Below, piece by piece: positions 20,219-29,831 of a stretch of 64,000 nucleotides of DNA (the first letter of the stretch is position 1; the number at the start of each line of letters is the position of its first letter). The notes below the pieces were generated by a model. It saw only the letters and a list, made by a program, of their open reading frames with translations. It made no database searches and was not told where the DNA came from. The translations under genes and the position numbers were made by a program. Source of the DNA: Gemmataceae bacterium (lineage in GTDB: Bacteria > Planctomycetota > Planctomycetia > Gemmatales > Gemmataceae); NCBI GenBank assembly GCA_009692005.1, contig SHZZ01000001.1, forward strand, positions 198,171-262,170, written 5' to 3'.

Positions 20219-22036
20219 TTGATGACAGTTCTCTTGAGCGTTCAAAAAATGACGAAAAGCTATGGGGTCCGTCCCCTTTTTTCGGATTTGACCTTCGACC
20301 TTGCTGCCAAGGAAAAGATTGGTTTGATCGGTCCCAATGGCGCGGGTAAATCCACCTTGCTGAAAATTCTCGCGGGTTTGGAAGAACCCGACACCGGCAT
20401 CCGTTCCTTGCGCCGTTCCTGTAAGCTCGGTTTTGTGCCGCAGGAGGACCGCTTTGCTCCAGGGTATTCCGTGCGCGAAGCCGTGTTGGCCCGATTGGAA
20501 AATGAACCGTTGGAAGAACAGGAAAAAGCGACCCGCGTCAAAAAATTGCTGACCCTGGCCAGGTTTGCTGATGCGGAAAAACCGGTCCATTTGCTTTCGG
20601 GCGGCTGGAAAAAAAGGCTGGGTATTATCCGCGAGTTGGCTTTGGATCCCGATCTCCTGCTGATGGATGAACCCACCAACCACCTGGATATCCCTGGAAT
20701 TGTCTGGCTGCAGAAATTATTGCGCTCGGCCCAATTTGGATTTCTGGTGGCCACCCATGACCGTGCCTTTTTGCGGGGCGCTACCGAGGAAATTCTGGAA
20801 ATCAGTCGAGTCTATCCTGGCGGCTTTTTCCGGGCCCCGGGTAATTACGATCAATTCCTGGAACGGCGGCAGGAATTTCTCGATGGCCAGGCCAGCACCC
20901 ACGCGGCCGTGGCGAATCAAGTCCGCAAAGAAACCGAATGGCTAAACCGCAAGGCCGCTGCTCGCACTCGCAAAGCTGCTAGTCGCATTGATGTGGCTCT
21001 CAATCGAAGAGAAGAGTTAAAGGAATTGGGATACCGTAACGCGGCCATGAGTAAAGCCAGGCTTGATTTTGCCGGCACAGGGCGCCAGACCCGCAAGTTG
21101 TTAACCGCTGATAATCTGGCAAAGTCCTTTGGCGATCGGCAGCTTTTTTCCCAGGTCAGCCTGCGCCTTGGGCCTGGTACTAAACTTGGTTTGCTAGGGC
21201 CCAATGGCAGCGGAAAAAGCGTTCTTCTCAAAATCCTTTCCGGTCAAATACCCAGCGATACCGGGGCCATTACCCTGGCGGAAAATCTGCAATCAGTTTT
21301 TTTTGAACAGGGCAGAACTGCCCTAAATCCTTCGGTAACTTTAAGAAAAGCACTTTGCCCCAATGGCGACATGGTCAAATTCCGCGATCGGCAGATCCAT
21401 GTTGTCGCCTGGGCTAAACAGTTCTTGTTCGGAACCGAACAACTGGAGGTCCTGGTCGGGGCTCTTTCCGGGGGTGAACAGGCGCGGTTACGGATGGCCC
21501 AAATGATGCTGCAGCCAGCCGACCTTTTGTTTCTCGACGAACCAACCAATGACCTCGACATCCCGGCCTTGCAGGTTCTGGAGGAAACCCTGGCAGACTT
21601 CCCCGGAGCCCTGGTGATTGTCAGTCACGACCGGGAATTGCTCGACCGGATTTGCACGGAAGTTCTGGGCTTGAATGGCGCCGGAGGAACAGGAATCTAT
21701 GCCAGTGTTCAGCAATGGTTGAATGCCTTGGAAGAAATTGAGGACAAGGGGCAAAGCGTTGAACCAACCCCGGCTCGGGCCATCACTCAACCCGCACCAG
21801 CCAAAAAGAAGAAATTGAGCTTTATGGAACAGCAGGAGTTTGACCAAATTGAGAAAAAAGTGTTGGCCGCGGAGGAAAAAGTGGTTTTGTTCCAAAACAC
21901 AGTTCAGCAATCCTCGTCCGCGGGACATCATATCCTGGCGAATGCTTGTGCTACCCTGGAATTAGCCCAAAAGGAAGTGGAACAGCTTTATTCCCGCTGG
22001 CAGGAATTAGAAAAAAAGCGCGATGGGAAACTTTAA
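20219..22036 (+). CDS. ABC-F family ATPase (Uup/EttA-like, no membrane domain)
   Basis: Two ABC cassettes (GPNGAGKST, LSGGWKKR; GPNGSGKSV, LSGGEQAR) and a C-terminal coiled-coil tail. Confidence 0.92.
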   Translation: MMTVLLSVQKMTKSYGVRPLFSDLTFDLAAKEKIGLIGPNGAGKSTLLKILAGLEEPDTGIRSLRRSCKLGFVPQEDRFAPGYSVREAVLARLENEPLEEQEKATRVKKLLTLARFADAEKPVHLLSGGWKKRLGIIRELALDPDLLLMDEPTNHLDIPGIVWLQKLLRSAQFGFLVATHDRAFLRGATEEILEISRVYPGGFFRAPGNYDQFLERRQEFLDGQASTHAAVANQVRKETEWLNRKAAARTRKAASRIDVALNRREELKELGYRNAAMSKARLDFAGTGRQTRKLLTADNLAKSFGDRQLFSQVSLRLGPGTKLGLLGPNGSGKSVLLKILSGQIPSDTGAITLAENLQSVFFEQGRTALNPSVTLRKALCPNGDMVKFRDRQIHVVAWAKQFLFGTEQLEVLVGALSGGEQARLRMAQMMLQPADLLFLDEPTNDLDIPALQVLEETLADFPGALVIVSHDRELLDRICTEVLGLNGAGGTGIYASVQQWLNALEEIEDKGQSVEPTPARAITQPAPAKKKKLSFMEQQEFDQIEKKVLAAEEKVVLFQNTVQQSSSAGHHILANACATLELAQKEVEQLYSRWQELEKKRDGKL

Positions 22037-22193
22037 CCTTCGGGTCCCAAGGGTTATTTGATCCACCAATGGTGCAGTGAAATAAATTTGGCTCGGCTCC
22101 GACGAGCGCCAAGCTCCGGCCACCGGCGAGCAATGAAATCCCAGAAGCGAATCATGCCCCGCCAACTGCTGCAGGGCCTGGTTCGGCCACGGC

Positions 22194-23063
22194 TTATTCT
22201 AGTTTGCCGTGGCGCAGGAACACTTTGATCGTGGATCCGAACTCCGGCTCTGTTAGCGTTGTCATGTGGTTCCCCCCATCGATGACCTTGAGTTCCCCGC
22301 GACCGAGTGCCTTTCGAGCGGCCGTCACCTTACTCTTCACATGGTCGGACTCGTTCCCGCCGTGGATGAACAGCATCGGGGCCTTGCACCTCTTCAAATC
22401 CTCCTCGGTCACCGCAAGTTTCTTGTACCCGCGCCCGGCCGCCGCAAACGCCTTCACATCTTTGCCCGCGTAGGCGAATTTGGCGATCGCCTTCGCTTGC
22501 TCGTCGGTCAGATTCGATTCCTTGGGTGAAATCGCCAGGATGTACACCCCCAAATCTTTGCCCTTATCGACCAACTTGGCGAACAGCTCGACCTCGGAAA
22601 AGTCGGAATCCTTCACCTTCCCGATGACCGGGGCTTGCCCGCCGAACACCACGCTCTGCACCCGGTTCGGGTAGGTGGCCGCCACCTTGCCCGCGACGAA
22701 CGACCCGCTCGAATAGCCCACCAGGTGGGCCTTCTCGATCTTCAAGTGGTCGAGCAACCGGACCACATCCGCGGCGACCTCGGCGTCGTACTTCGCGGAG
22801 TCGTGCGGCTTGTCGCTCTTACCGTGCCCACGCAGATCCAACGCGATCAACTGAAACTCTTTGGTCGCGGGGTTGGTGTCGAGCCGCCCCCACATGCCGG
22901 AATCGCTCATCCAGCCGTGGATAAGGACGACTGCATCCCCCTTCCCTTCCGTGACATATCGAATCTTAACGCCGTTCGAGTCGAACATGTCGTCGGCCGC
23001 ATCAACGGGCCTGGGCACAAGACAGCATAAGACGAACAATGTTACCAGAGACTGGCACTTCAT
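22194..23063 (-). CDS. secreted alpha/beta hydrolase (compositionally foreign)
   Basis: Signal peptide MKCQSLVTLFVLCCLVPRPVDA, an HGWMSD oxyanion region and nucleophile elbow GYSSGS. G+C and G/C-ending codon usage are clearly higher than in the neighbours. Confidence 0.8.
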   Translation of the reverse strand: MKCQSLVTLFVLCCLVPRPVDAADDMFDSNGVKIRYVTEGKGDAVVLIHGWMSDSGMWGRLDTNPATKEFQLIALDLRGHGKSDKPHDSAKYDAEVAADVVRLLDHLKIEKAHLVGYSSGSFVAGKVAATYPNRVQSVVFGGQAPVIGKVKDSDFSEVELFAKLVDKGKDLGVYILAISPKESNLTDEQAKAIAKFAYAGKDVKAFAAAGRGYKKLAVTEEDLKRCKAPMLFIHGGNESDHVKSKVTAARKALGRGELKVIDGGNHMTTLTEPEFGSTIKVFLRHGKLE

Positions 23064-23392
23064 AAATTGCGTCCTTCTCAAAGTAGGTCACCCTGTTGTT
23101 TAGGGTATCGAACCCAGGGCACGCGCCCCGACGACTGGTAGTAATTCGTCCCCGGGCGTGAGAGCTTGGCTTCGAGTGGCGGTTTGTGGCCGAAAAATGG
23201 TTCGTTTGAAACTTTCTAAATAATAACGATCTCGCACCTACGGTCAACAAAATATCGAGATTGCGCTTGATGTTAGGTTTGTTCATGCGTCCCCTTGTTG
23301 ATTAGTTTGCTCACGCAATGTTGTCACCTTAAACCTTGCCGCCGCAATGTAATGTGGCTTTTGAAAGCAAATTCTTGACAAGTAGCGAACCG

Positions 23393-23700
23393 ATGCGACT
23401 CTTCGATCAGATTTGGCAGACGGCACGGGTAAAACATTTCTCGTATCGCACGGAGCTGGCGTATGTCCAATGGGCGACACGCTACATCCGGTTTCGCGGA
23501 ATCAAGCAACTCAACACGATGGGAACTGCCGAGGGCGACAATTTCTGACGCACCTTGCGGTCGAGGGTAAGGTGACGGCGAGCACGCAAAACCAGGCGCT
23601 GGCGGCACTCTTGTTCCTGTATCAGGAGGTATTGAAGATCGACATCGGCCGGCTCGATGCGGTGCGGGCGCGGGAGGGTTTGCACCACCAGCCGGGCCGG
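23393..23700 (+). pseudogene. integron-type tyrosine recombinase, N-terminal SAM-like domain only (frameshifted and truncated)
   Basis: Two frames together read [34 protein letters not shown]...MGTAE / [31 protein letters not shown]. There is a frameshift near 23530-23545 and no catalytic domain follows. Confidence 0.7.
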
Positions 23701-24030
23701 CCGTGCTGCAGCGGTTTGTTCGGCAGATCAATCTATTCCGCCAGAAACCGTGTCGTACTGGTCGTCTGAAGGGGGCGGTGACAATGCCTTCTTAAGTAAC
23801 AATCCAATTTCAACGCCAGGAAGGCAGGCAATACCTTGCACAATCACCAACTCCGAATTCCAAACCTTTTCACGGTGGTGCGTTTAGTAGTAGACTGCGA
23901 CCCAGGCGACCAAAATGGCTACCAAACTTCTGTTAACTTAAGTCGCCTAAAAAATATGACTCGATTGGTGGTGGAGGGGAAACAGTGATGCAAAGTGTTG
24001 ATAATTCAGGATTTAGGGAGAAAAATTTAA

Positions 24031-24104
<74 letters not shown>

Positions 24105-24358
24105 AAGAATTACCTTTCACAAATATAGAACTCCGCAAGGTGAGGGTCAACCTTAGGGCGAAAATCAAGGAAAGCCCTGGCAAAAGCGGAGGGTTTGAGC
24201 TTCAAGGAAAACTCTTGGTAAATTAGTCCGGATATCCCGGTTTTTCAAGAAACTTCCAGCCAGGGATGGGGATTTATCTCTTTCACGGTTTGCTTGAAAG
24301 GGATTTCAAGGGCATTCTTTTGCAGATTTCCCACCTTGGGCCATCAGGAGGATGCACC

Positions 24359-25102
24359 GTGAAGATAAAAAAAAACCTTTTGCTATCAGTTATTGCCGGG
24401 TTGGCTTTTGATGGAGCCATTCAGGCTCAGCCAATTCCCACCCCCGTGAATCCCTTGGCAAACAGCCAAGCCAATGTGGTTTCGCTGGGCAATATTGATC
24501 AGCACCTGGCCAATCAAATCGCCAACCGCTTGAAAGAAAAGGCCTCGTTAGTGGATTACCGGATTGACATCCGGGTGTCCCGTGGCAAAGCGGAAATATC
24601 TGGGATGGTCGGTTCAAACGGTCAAAAAGAGTCCGCCCTTCTAGTGGCTGGGCAAACCGAAGGAATCATTCAAGTGGTGGACGGATTGCAGGTGGCCAGC
24701 CAAAACCCAGGCGCCGCCTCGATTCAATCAGCGCCGGGCGGATTGCCGGCGGCGGTTTCCAGAGGCCCGAATTATTACGCTGCCCCTGGCAATCGGCCCA
24801 TGAGCAACCAGATTCCGGAACCTATAGCGGTTTCTTCAGGCGCGACTCCCTATTCCTACGATATGAACCCGCCCAAAATGCCGCCTTATGCCTGGCCAAC
24901 CTACGCTCCTTACAACAACTATTCCCGTGTCGGTTATCCAGAAGCTTATCCCGCCAACGCCTGGCCGTTCATTGGCCCAGTCTATCCATTCCCCAAAGTG
25001 CCGCTCGGCTGGCGCTCGGTCAAATTGGAATGGGACGATGGCCACTGGTGGTTTAGTCAAACCTCCACGAAGAAAGACCTCTGGCGACTGCGCTACTGGT
25101 AA
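24359..25102 (+). CDS. secreted BON-domain protein with aromatic/Pro-rich C-terminal region
   Basis: GTG start 7 nt after AGGAGG, then signal peptide KIKKNLLLSVIAGLAFDGAIQA. The BON-like segment is VDYRIDIRVSRGKAEISGMV...IIQVVDGLQV. The ORF is open from 24266. Confidence 0.7.
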   Translation: MKIKKNLLLSVIAGLAFDGAIQAQPIPTPVNPLANSQANVVSLGNIDQHLANQIANRLKEKASLVDYRIDIRVSRGKAEISGMVGSNGQKESALLVAGQTEGIIQVVDGLQVASQNPGAASIQSAPGGLPAAVSRGPNYYAAPGNRPMSNQIPEPIAVSSGATPYSYDMNPPKMPPYAWPTYAPYNNYSRVGYPEAYPANAWPFIGPVYPFPKVPLGWRSVKLEWDDGHWWFSQTSTKKDLWRLRYW

Positions 25103-25127
25103 ACCAACCCTGAATTGGGATTCTTTT

Positions 25128-25155
25128 AAGGGCTGCTGGGAAACCAGCGGCCCTT
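25128..25155. terminator. 12-bp hairpin with GAAA loop between convergent genes (no clear U-tract)
   Basis: AAGGGCTGCTGG-GAAA-CCAGCGGCCCTT with one G.U pair. It lies between the BON-protein stop and the priA stop. Confidence 0.4.
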
Positions 25156-25160
25156 TGCCA

Positions 25161-27419
25161 TTACAGGAGATTGCAAGGGTCGATGTCGATAATCCACTCC
25201 ACGCTGTTGGAGGGTTTCAAAGGGCCCAGGGATTCCCAAAGCAGTTGATGCAAATAGTGGTGGTTATCGCAATGGATTTGGATGTGGTAGCGGTGCAATT
25301 CGTTCAGTTTAAAAACAGGCGCTTGCGCTGGGCCAAGGATTTTCAATCTTCCCTTGGGGGGATTTTCCGTGGCGAAATTGCGGAAGGCGGAACTGAGTTG
25401 ATCGGCGGTTTTTTCGGCGGCCTCTGGCTTTTTTGATCTAATTACAATGCGCGCCAATCTGGCAAAAGGGGGAAAATAGTGCAGCTTGCGATGGTTTAAC
25501 TCCCCTTCGGCAAAATGCAAATAATCATGCTTGGCTGCCAACTGAATGGCCGGGTGCTGCGGAAAATAGGTTTGAATGAATACACGGCCGGGATTCTTTC
25601 CCCGGCCAGCGCGGCCCGCCACTTGCGACAATAATTGAAAGGTTCTCTCCCCGGCCCGGAAGTCGGGAATGTGCAGGCCAAAATCAGGGTTGATAACCCC
25701 AACCAGCCTGACATTGGGGAAATCGAGCCCCTTGGCAATCATCTGGGTGCCGATGAGGATATGAATCAGCCCTTCCTTGAAAGCGCCCAGGATTTTTTCA
25801 TGGGCGCCCGGTTTCCTGGTGGAATCGGAATCCATCCTGCGAATGACTTTGTTGGGAAAAAGTCGAGAGATTTCTTCTTCCAGTTTTTCCGTCCCCGCGC
25901 CCCGGAACTCCATGGTGGGCGAAGCGCATTTTCCACAGCGTTGGTCTGGTTCCCGTTCCAGGCCGCAGTGATGGCATAAAAGGAAGTTGGCGCCTTTGTG
26001 AAAAGTCATGGCCAAATCGCAACGGGTGCAGGTGGAAATGCTGCCGCAGGCCGGGCAGCGGATCCAGGTGTGAAATCCCCTGCGATTCAAAAAGAGAATG
26101 ACCTGCCCTTTGTTTTCCAGGGTCTTTTTCATTTCCCGGAAAAGGAGATCGCTCAGGATATCGCGAGTGGCCGGAGTTGCCGGGGGATGGCTGCTCATGT
26201 CCACCACGAAAACCTCGGGGAGGGTCTGGTTTTCCACGCGCTTGGGCAAAGTAAGAAGTTGATAATTCCCCTTGGAAGCGTTGTTCCAGCTTTCCAGTGA
26301 GGGGGTTGCTGACCCTAAAAGTATGGGTATTCCCAGCATGCGGGCGCGAACGACTGCAATATCGCGTCCGTGGTAGCGTGGGGTTTTGTCCTGCTTGAAC
26401 GAATTCTCGTGTTCTTCATCGACGATAATAATTCCCGGGTTGGAAAGCGGTGCGAAAACAGCGCTGCGGGCTCCGATCACTACTTGGCCTTCCCCCCTGG
26501 CAACGGCTTTCCAGTTTCTTCCGCGTTCCGATTCCCTGAGGTGGCTGTGCAGCACCACCACTTTGGAAAAACGCTGGCGAAACCTTTCAACCGTTTGCGG
26601 AGTCAGGCTGATTTCCGGAAGCAAAACCAAAGCTTGTTTTCCCGAAGCAACGATTTCCGCAATTGACCGCAAGTAGATTTCGGTTTTTCCACTCCCGGTA
26701 ACTCCATGGATGAGAAAAGGTTTGAACCCGCCTTCTTGAATGGCCTGGGAAATTTTCTGGCAGGCCAAGGATTGTTCCGCAGTCAACTCCAAAGGAGTTG
26801 GCAATGGTTGTGGGGCTTCTTTTGGCGCAGGCGGCTCTTCCAAGGCAATTTTTCCAATCACACCTTTGTCGAGAAGGCGTTTGATGGCCCCTGGTGTGCA
26901 AGGCAACTCTATGGCAATTCGCGCCGCCGGGGCGGGGCCTTGATCCTGGAGAAAAGCCAGGATCCTTTTTTGCAAAGGAGTAAGGGCGTTTATCTCAATT
27001 TCCCCGATTCCTCCAGGCAACACCTGCAATCCCCAAGTTTTTTGACGCTCTTTTTGCTCTCTGGCGCCAGCGGGAATGACCGCTTGCAAGACCTGTCCCC
27101 AACCGCAGTGGTAATAATCCGCAATCCATTGGGTGAAGTTCAAAAGGTGATTGGATAAAAGCGGCGCCGGATCGAGGATGGATTGAATGGATTTGAGTTT
27201 TTCGGAAGGCGGGATATTGTTGAAACCGATACAGAACCCAATTGCGGCCTTGTTGCCAAACCCCAGGGGTACTTTAACTCTTTGTCCTGGTAAAAGATTC
27301 AGGGAGCTGGGGATCAAGTAGGAAAATGGGTTGCGCAATGGGCGGTCGAAAACTACTTCCGCCACCCGGACAAGTGTGGAATCCTCCTGGGTAACTCGAG
27401 TTGGTATTTCCGAATCCAT
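25161..27419 (-). CDS. priA: primosomal replication restart protein N' (PriA helicase)
   Basis: Walker A GVTGSGKTE, DEEH box, and the Cys-rich zinc insertion (CPACG...CTRC...CHHCG...CGKC). Confidence 0.93.
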   Translation of the reverse strand: MDSEIPTRVTQEDSTLVRVAEVVFDRPLRNPFSYLIPSSLNLLPGQRVKVPLGFGNKAAIGFCIGFNNIPPSEKLKSIQSILDPAPLLSNHLLNFTQWIADYYHCGWGQVLQAVIPAGAREQKERQKTWGLQVLPGGIGEIEINALTPLQKRILAFLQDQGPAPAARIAIELPCTPGAIKRLLDKGVIGKIALEEPPAPKEAPQPLPTPLELTAEQSLACQKISQAIQEGGFKPFLIHGVTGSGKTEIYLRSIAEIVASGKQALVLLPEISLTPQTVERFRQRFSKVVVLHSHLRESERGRNWKAVARGEGQVVIGARSAVFAPLSNPGIIIVDEEHENSFKQDKTPRYHGRDIAVVRARMLGIPILLGSATPSLESWNNASKGNYQLLTLPKRVENQTLPEVFVVDMSSHPPATPATRDILSDLLFREMKKTLENKGQVILFLNRRGFHTWIRCPACGSISTCTRCDLAMTFHKGANFLLCHHCGLEREPDQRCGKCASPTMEFRGAGTEKLEEEISRLFPNKVIRRMDSDSTRKPGAHEKILGAFKEGLIHILIGTQMIAKGLDFPNVRLVGVINPDFGLHIPDFRAGERTFQLLSQVAGRAGRGKNPGRVFIQTYFPQHPAIQLAAKHDYLHFAEGELNHRKLHYFPPFARLARIVIRSKKPEAAEKTADQLSSAFRNFATENPPKGRLKILGPAQAPVFKLNELHRYHIQIHCDNHHYLHQLLWESLGPLKPSNSVEWIIDIDPCNLL

Positions 27420-27534
27420 GGGTGTAAACGCTTAAAAAACAAAACACTATTCTTGCAGGAAATATAAGGAAAACTAGCCTGGCAGCTTCTTGGATGGCGG
27501 TGAGACAACGATCCAAGGGCGACCAGGTCGAGTA

Positions 27535-28239
27535 TTAGATGTAAACATCGGTTAAATGATGTACGGTTTCCTGAGAATGTGCTTGTTCCGCCCATTTCTG
27601 TCTACGGGCCTTGTCCAAGGGGAGGAATTCCTTTCGTTCATAGTCCTCAGCGGTAACATCTCCGGTGTCAATGCGGTAAACCCAGGGGTGGATTCTCAAT
27701 TGATTTTTGCCCAAGGCATTTTGAACCGCCGGGTAAGTTTGCAAATGAATTACTTGCTTTAGGACATTCTGTTCGATGGCGAAAGTTAAAAGTTTATCCG
27801 GTCCGAGTTCGGCTGCTTTTTCCTTGATGATGTCGTGGTTGGGCCCTGCAAATTTCAACCAATTTTCCACGGCTGGCATGGGGCCGCCATGGCTCTCTTT
27901 TCCCAGGGCCTGGGTCACCAAGCCTTGAATGGCGCCACATTTTGAATGCCCGCAGACAAAAATGTCCTTTATGCCCAGTTGCACCAGAGCATATTCCACC
28001 GTGGCTTCCTCCCCGCAAGGCCCTGTGCTGGCTGGTGGAATTAAGTTTCCCGCGTTACGAAGAATGAAAAGTTCGCCTGGTTCGGTTTGGGTCAGCAGGT
28101 TTGGGTTTATTCTGGAATCGGAGCAGGTTATGAAAAGGGCCAAGGGGCTTTGCCCCTTCCCGAGTTTTTGAAAAAGGTCTTCCTTTTCTAAAAACGCCTT
28201 TTTTTGAAAGCCAAAAACGCCTTGAATAATCCTTGTCAT
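27535..28239 (-). CDS. beta-class carbonic anhydrase
   Basis: Zinc ligand contexts CSDSR and GHSKCGA. 234 aa. Confidence 0.88.
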   Translation of the reverse strand: MTRIIQGVFGFQKKAFLEKEDLFQKLGKGQSPLALFITCSDSRINPNLLTQTEPGELFILRNAGNLIPPASTGPCGEEATVEYALVQLGIKDIFVCGHSKCGAIQGLVTQALGKESHGGPMPAVENWLKFAGPNHDIIKEKAAELGPDKLLTFAIEQNVLKQVIHLQTYPAVQNALGKNQLRIHPWVYRIDTGDVTAEDYERKEFLPLDKARRQKWAEQAHSQETVHHLTDVYI

Positions 28240-28394
28240 GGTTGCCTTTGTCAGGGTGAAAACCAGGGGAATTCCTTGTTTTTAACAGATTTATTATGAT
28301 TTGAAATGAGGTTTCGTAAAATTTTATTGTGAATTCTATCTCGATGGTTTATTCATTAGATGATTGTTAGTTACTTTTTTTTTCAGGTTTCTCC

Positions 28395-29732
28395 ATGAGT
28401 GAATCGGTTTCATCCTGCCCGACCCAAGATGACTTGGCTGGTTACCTGGGGAATTCCCTAAATGGGGATTTCGCGGGCAAGGTAAAGGAACACCTCAAAG
28501 CCTGTGGAAAATGCCGTAATTCACTCACCTCGCTGTTGAAAGTCAAAGGGGAAAAACAAGCCGCGCAACTTTCTCCTGCCTTCAGTCCGGCGCTGCCAAC
28601 TGCGCCGGTAGCAACCCCGCCTGCTGCCCCAATACCCAGGACGGGAACCAATAACCCAATTCCTTCGTTTCAAGTTAAACCGAAAAAGCCCTTAGCGCCT
28701 GCCTACGAATTTCTGGATCCCCCCACCCAGGAGGGCAGCTTAGGTGTCTTGGGGAATTACGAGTTGATTAAAGTTTTAGGCGAAGGCGGGATGGGAATTG
28801 TATTTGAAGCGATTGACCGAGAGCTAAACCGGCGTGTTGCTTTGAAAGTTCTTCGCCCTGAATTGGCGGATGAGATTTACCGAAAGCGATTTGCCCGTGA
28901 AGCGAAAATTGCCGGCGGCCTTCACGATGAGAATATTTGCACCATTTACCATGTGGGGCAGTACAAGGATGTTCCTTTCTTGGCCATGGAATATCTCCAG
29001 GGAGAAAACCTGGAAGATTATTTAAAGCGCGAGGGCTTCATGCCCGTCCCCTTGGTATTTCGCTTGACCAAGGAAATGGCCAGGGGTTTGGACGCAGCCC
29101 ATAAACAAAATTTGATCCATCGCGATATAAAGCCAGCAAATATCTGGCTGGAAAAGGGCAATTTCCCTGGGGAAATCAAAAGGGTGAAAATCCTGGACTT
29201 TGGTCTGGCCCGGGCCATTGGACAAGAAAACCAATTGACTGCCCAAGGTATGATTGTCGGAACGCCCAACTATATGGCGCCGGAACAAATCGAGGGGAGC
29301 CCCTTGGATTCACGCGCCGACTTGTTCAGCTTGGGTTGTGTGGTCTACCGGATGCTTTCGGGAAAAATCCCATTTGACAAGGAAAACACCCTGGCTGTAT
29401 TGCAAGCGGTCTTGGAGGTGGAAATTCCTTCTCTGGAGAATATGGAAAGGCAGATGCCTCAAAGTGCATTAACCCTGTTGACAAAATTGCTGGCCCGGGA
29501 CCCAAATCAAAGGCCTTCCAACGCGCAGGAGGTTATTGAAATAATCATTGCTTTTGAACAAGGAACGGGTTCAGAGAATTTTAATGTATTAAAATCAATC
29601 TTGTTCAAAGCGCCGATTATTCCTCCAGGAAAGTCGGTAAAGAAGAGTTCAGGAATTCTTTTCGGCATCATCGCCCTTATTGCCGCCTTGGTCTTTGGGA
29701 TCTTTATCGGCTTGGCGAAACTCCTTAATTAA
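28395..29732 (+). CDS. serine/threonine protein kinase with N-terminal zinc-finger-like segment and C-terminal TM anchor
   Basis: GEGGMGIVFEA glycine loop, VALK, HRDIKPANI, DFGLA and the APE motif. The N-terminus carries H-x3-C-x2-C (HLKACGKC). The C-terminal segment is hydrophobic. Confidence 0.9.
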   Translation: MSESVSSCPTQDDLAGYLGNSLNGDFAGKVKEHLKACGKCRNSLTSLLKVKGEKQAAQLSPAFSPALPTAPVATPPAAPIPRTGTNNPIPSFQVKPKKPLAPAYEFLDPPTQEGSLGVLGNYELIKVLGEGGMGIVFEAIDRELNRRVALKVLRPELADEIYRKRFAREAKIAGGLHDENICTIYHVGQYKDVPFLAMEYLQGENLEDYLKREGFMPVPLVFRLTKEMARGLDAAHKQNLIHRDIKPANIWLEKGNFPGEIKRVKILDFGLARAIGQENQLTAQGMIVGTPNYMAPEQIEGSPLDSRADLFSLGCVVYRMLSGKIPFDKENTLAVLQAVLEVEIPSLENMERQMPQSALTLLTKLLARDPNQRPSNAQEVIEIIIAFEQGTGSENFNVLKSILFKAPIIPPGKSVKKSSGILFGIIALIAALVFGIFIGLAKLLN

Positions 29733-29831
29733 TGCAAGTATTATTGCCAGGACCATTTTTTATTGTTGTTGCGAGGATCCTAATTTCCTTGGATAATTGT
29801 CCATTCTTCCTTGTGAAAATGGCGCCAAACC

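Noticed and set aside
22037-22193. A possible attC site downstream of the hydrolase (GCCGAAC...GTTGGCG, and the dyad TTGGCTCG...CGAGCGCCAA).
   Set aside because: The candidate R''/R' boxes each miss the RYYYAAC/GTTRRRY consensus by one position. They are not mutually complementary and lie only about 15 nt apart, far shorter than real attC sites. This is retained only as a caveat in the integron-geometry finding.
23053-23070. A sigma-54 promoter-like TGGCAC...TTGC at the start of the foreign hydrolase gene.
   Set aside because: The GG-to-GC spacing is 13 nt instead of 10. The sequence also overlaps the hydrolase start codon on the opposite strand, so this is a chance match.
23103-23115. A tRNA T-arm-like fragment GGGTATCGAACCC upstream of the hydrolase, which could be a distal att remnant.
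   Set aside because: The stem is only 3-4 bp. The flanks do not fold into an acceptor arm, and the sequence does not match the 3' end of the adjacent tRNA-Arg (ACTGGTTCGAATCCAGTCAGGTGTA).
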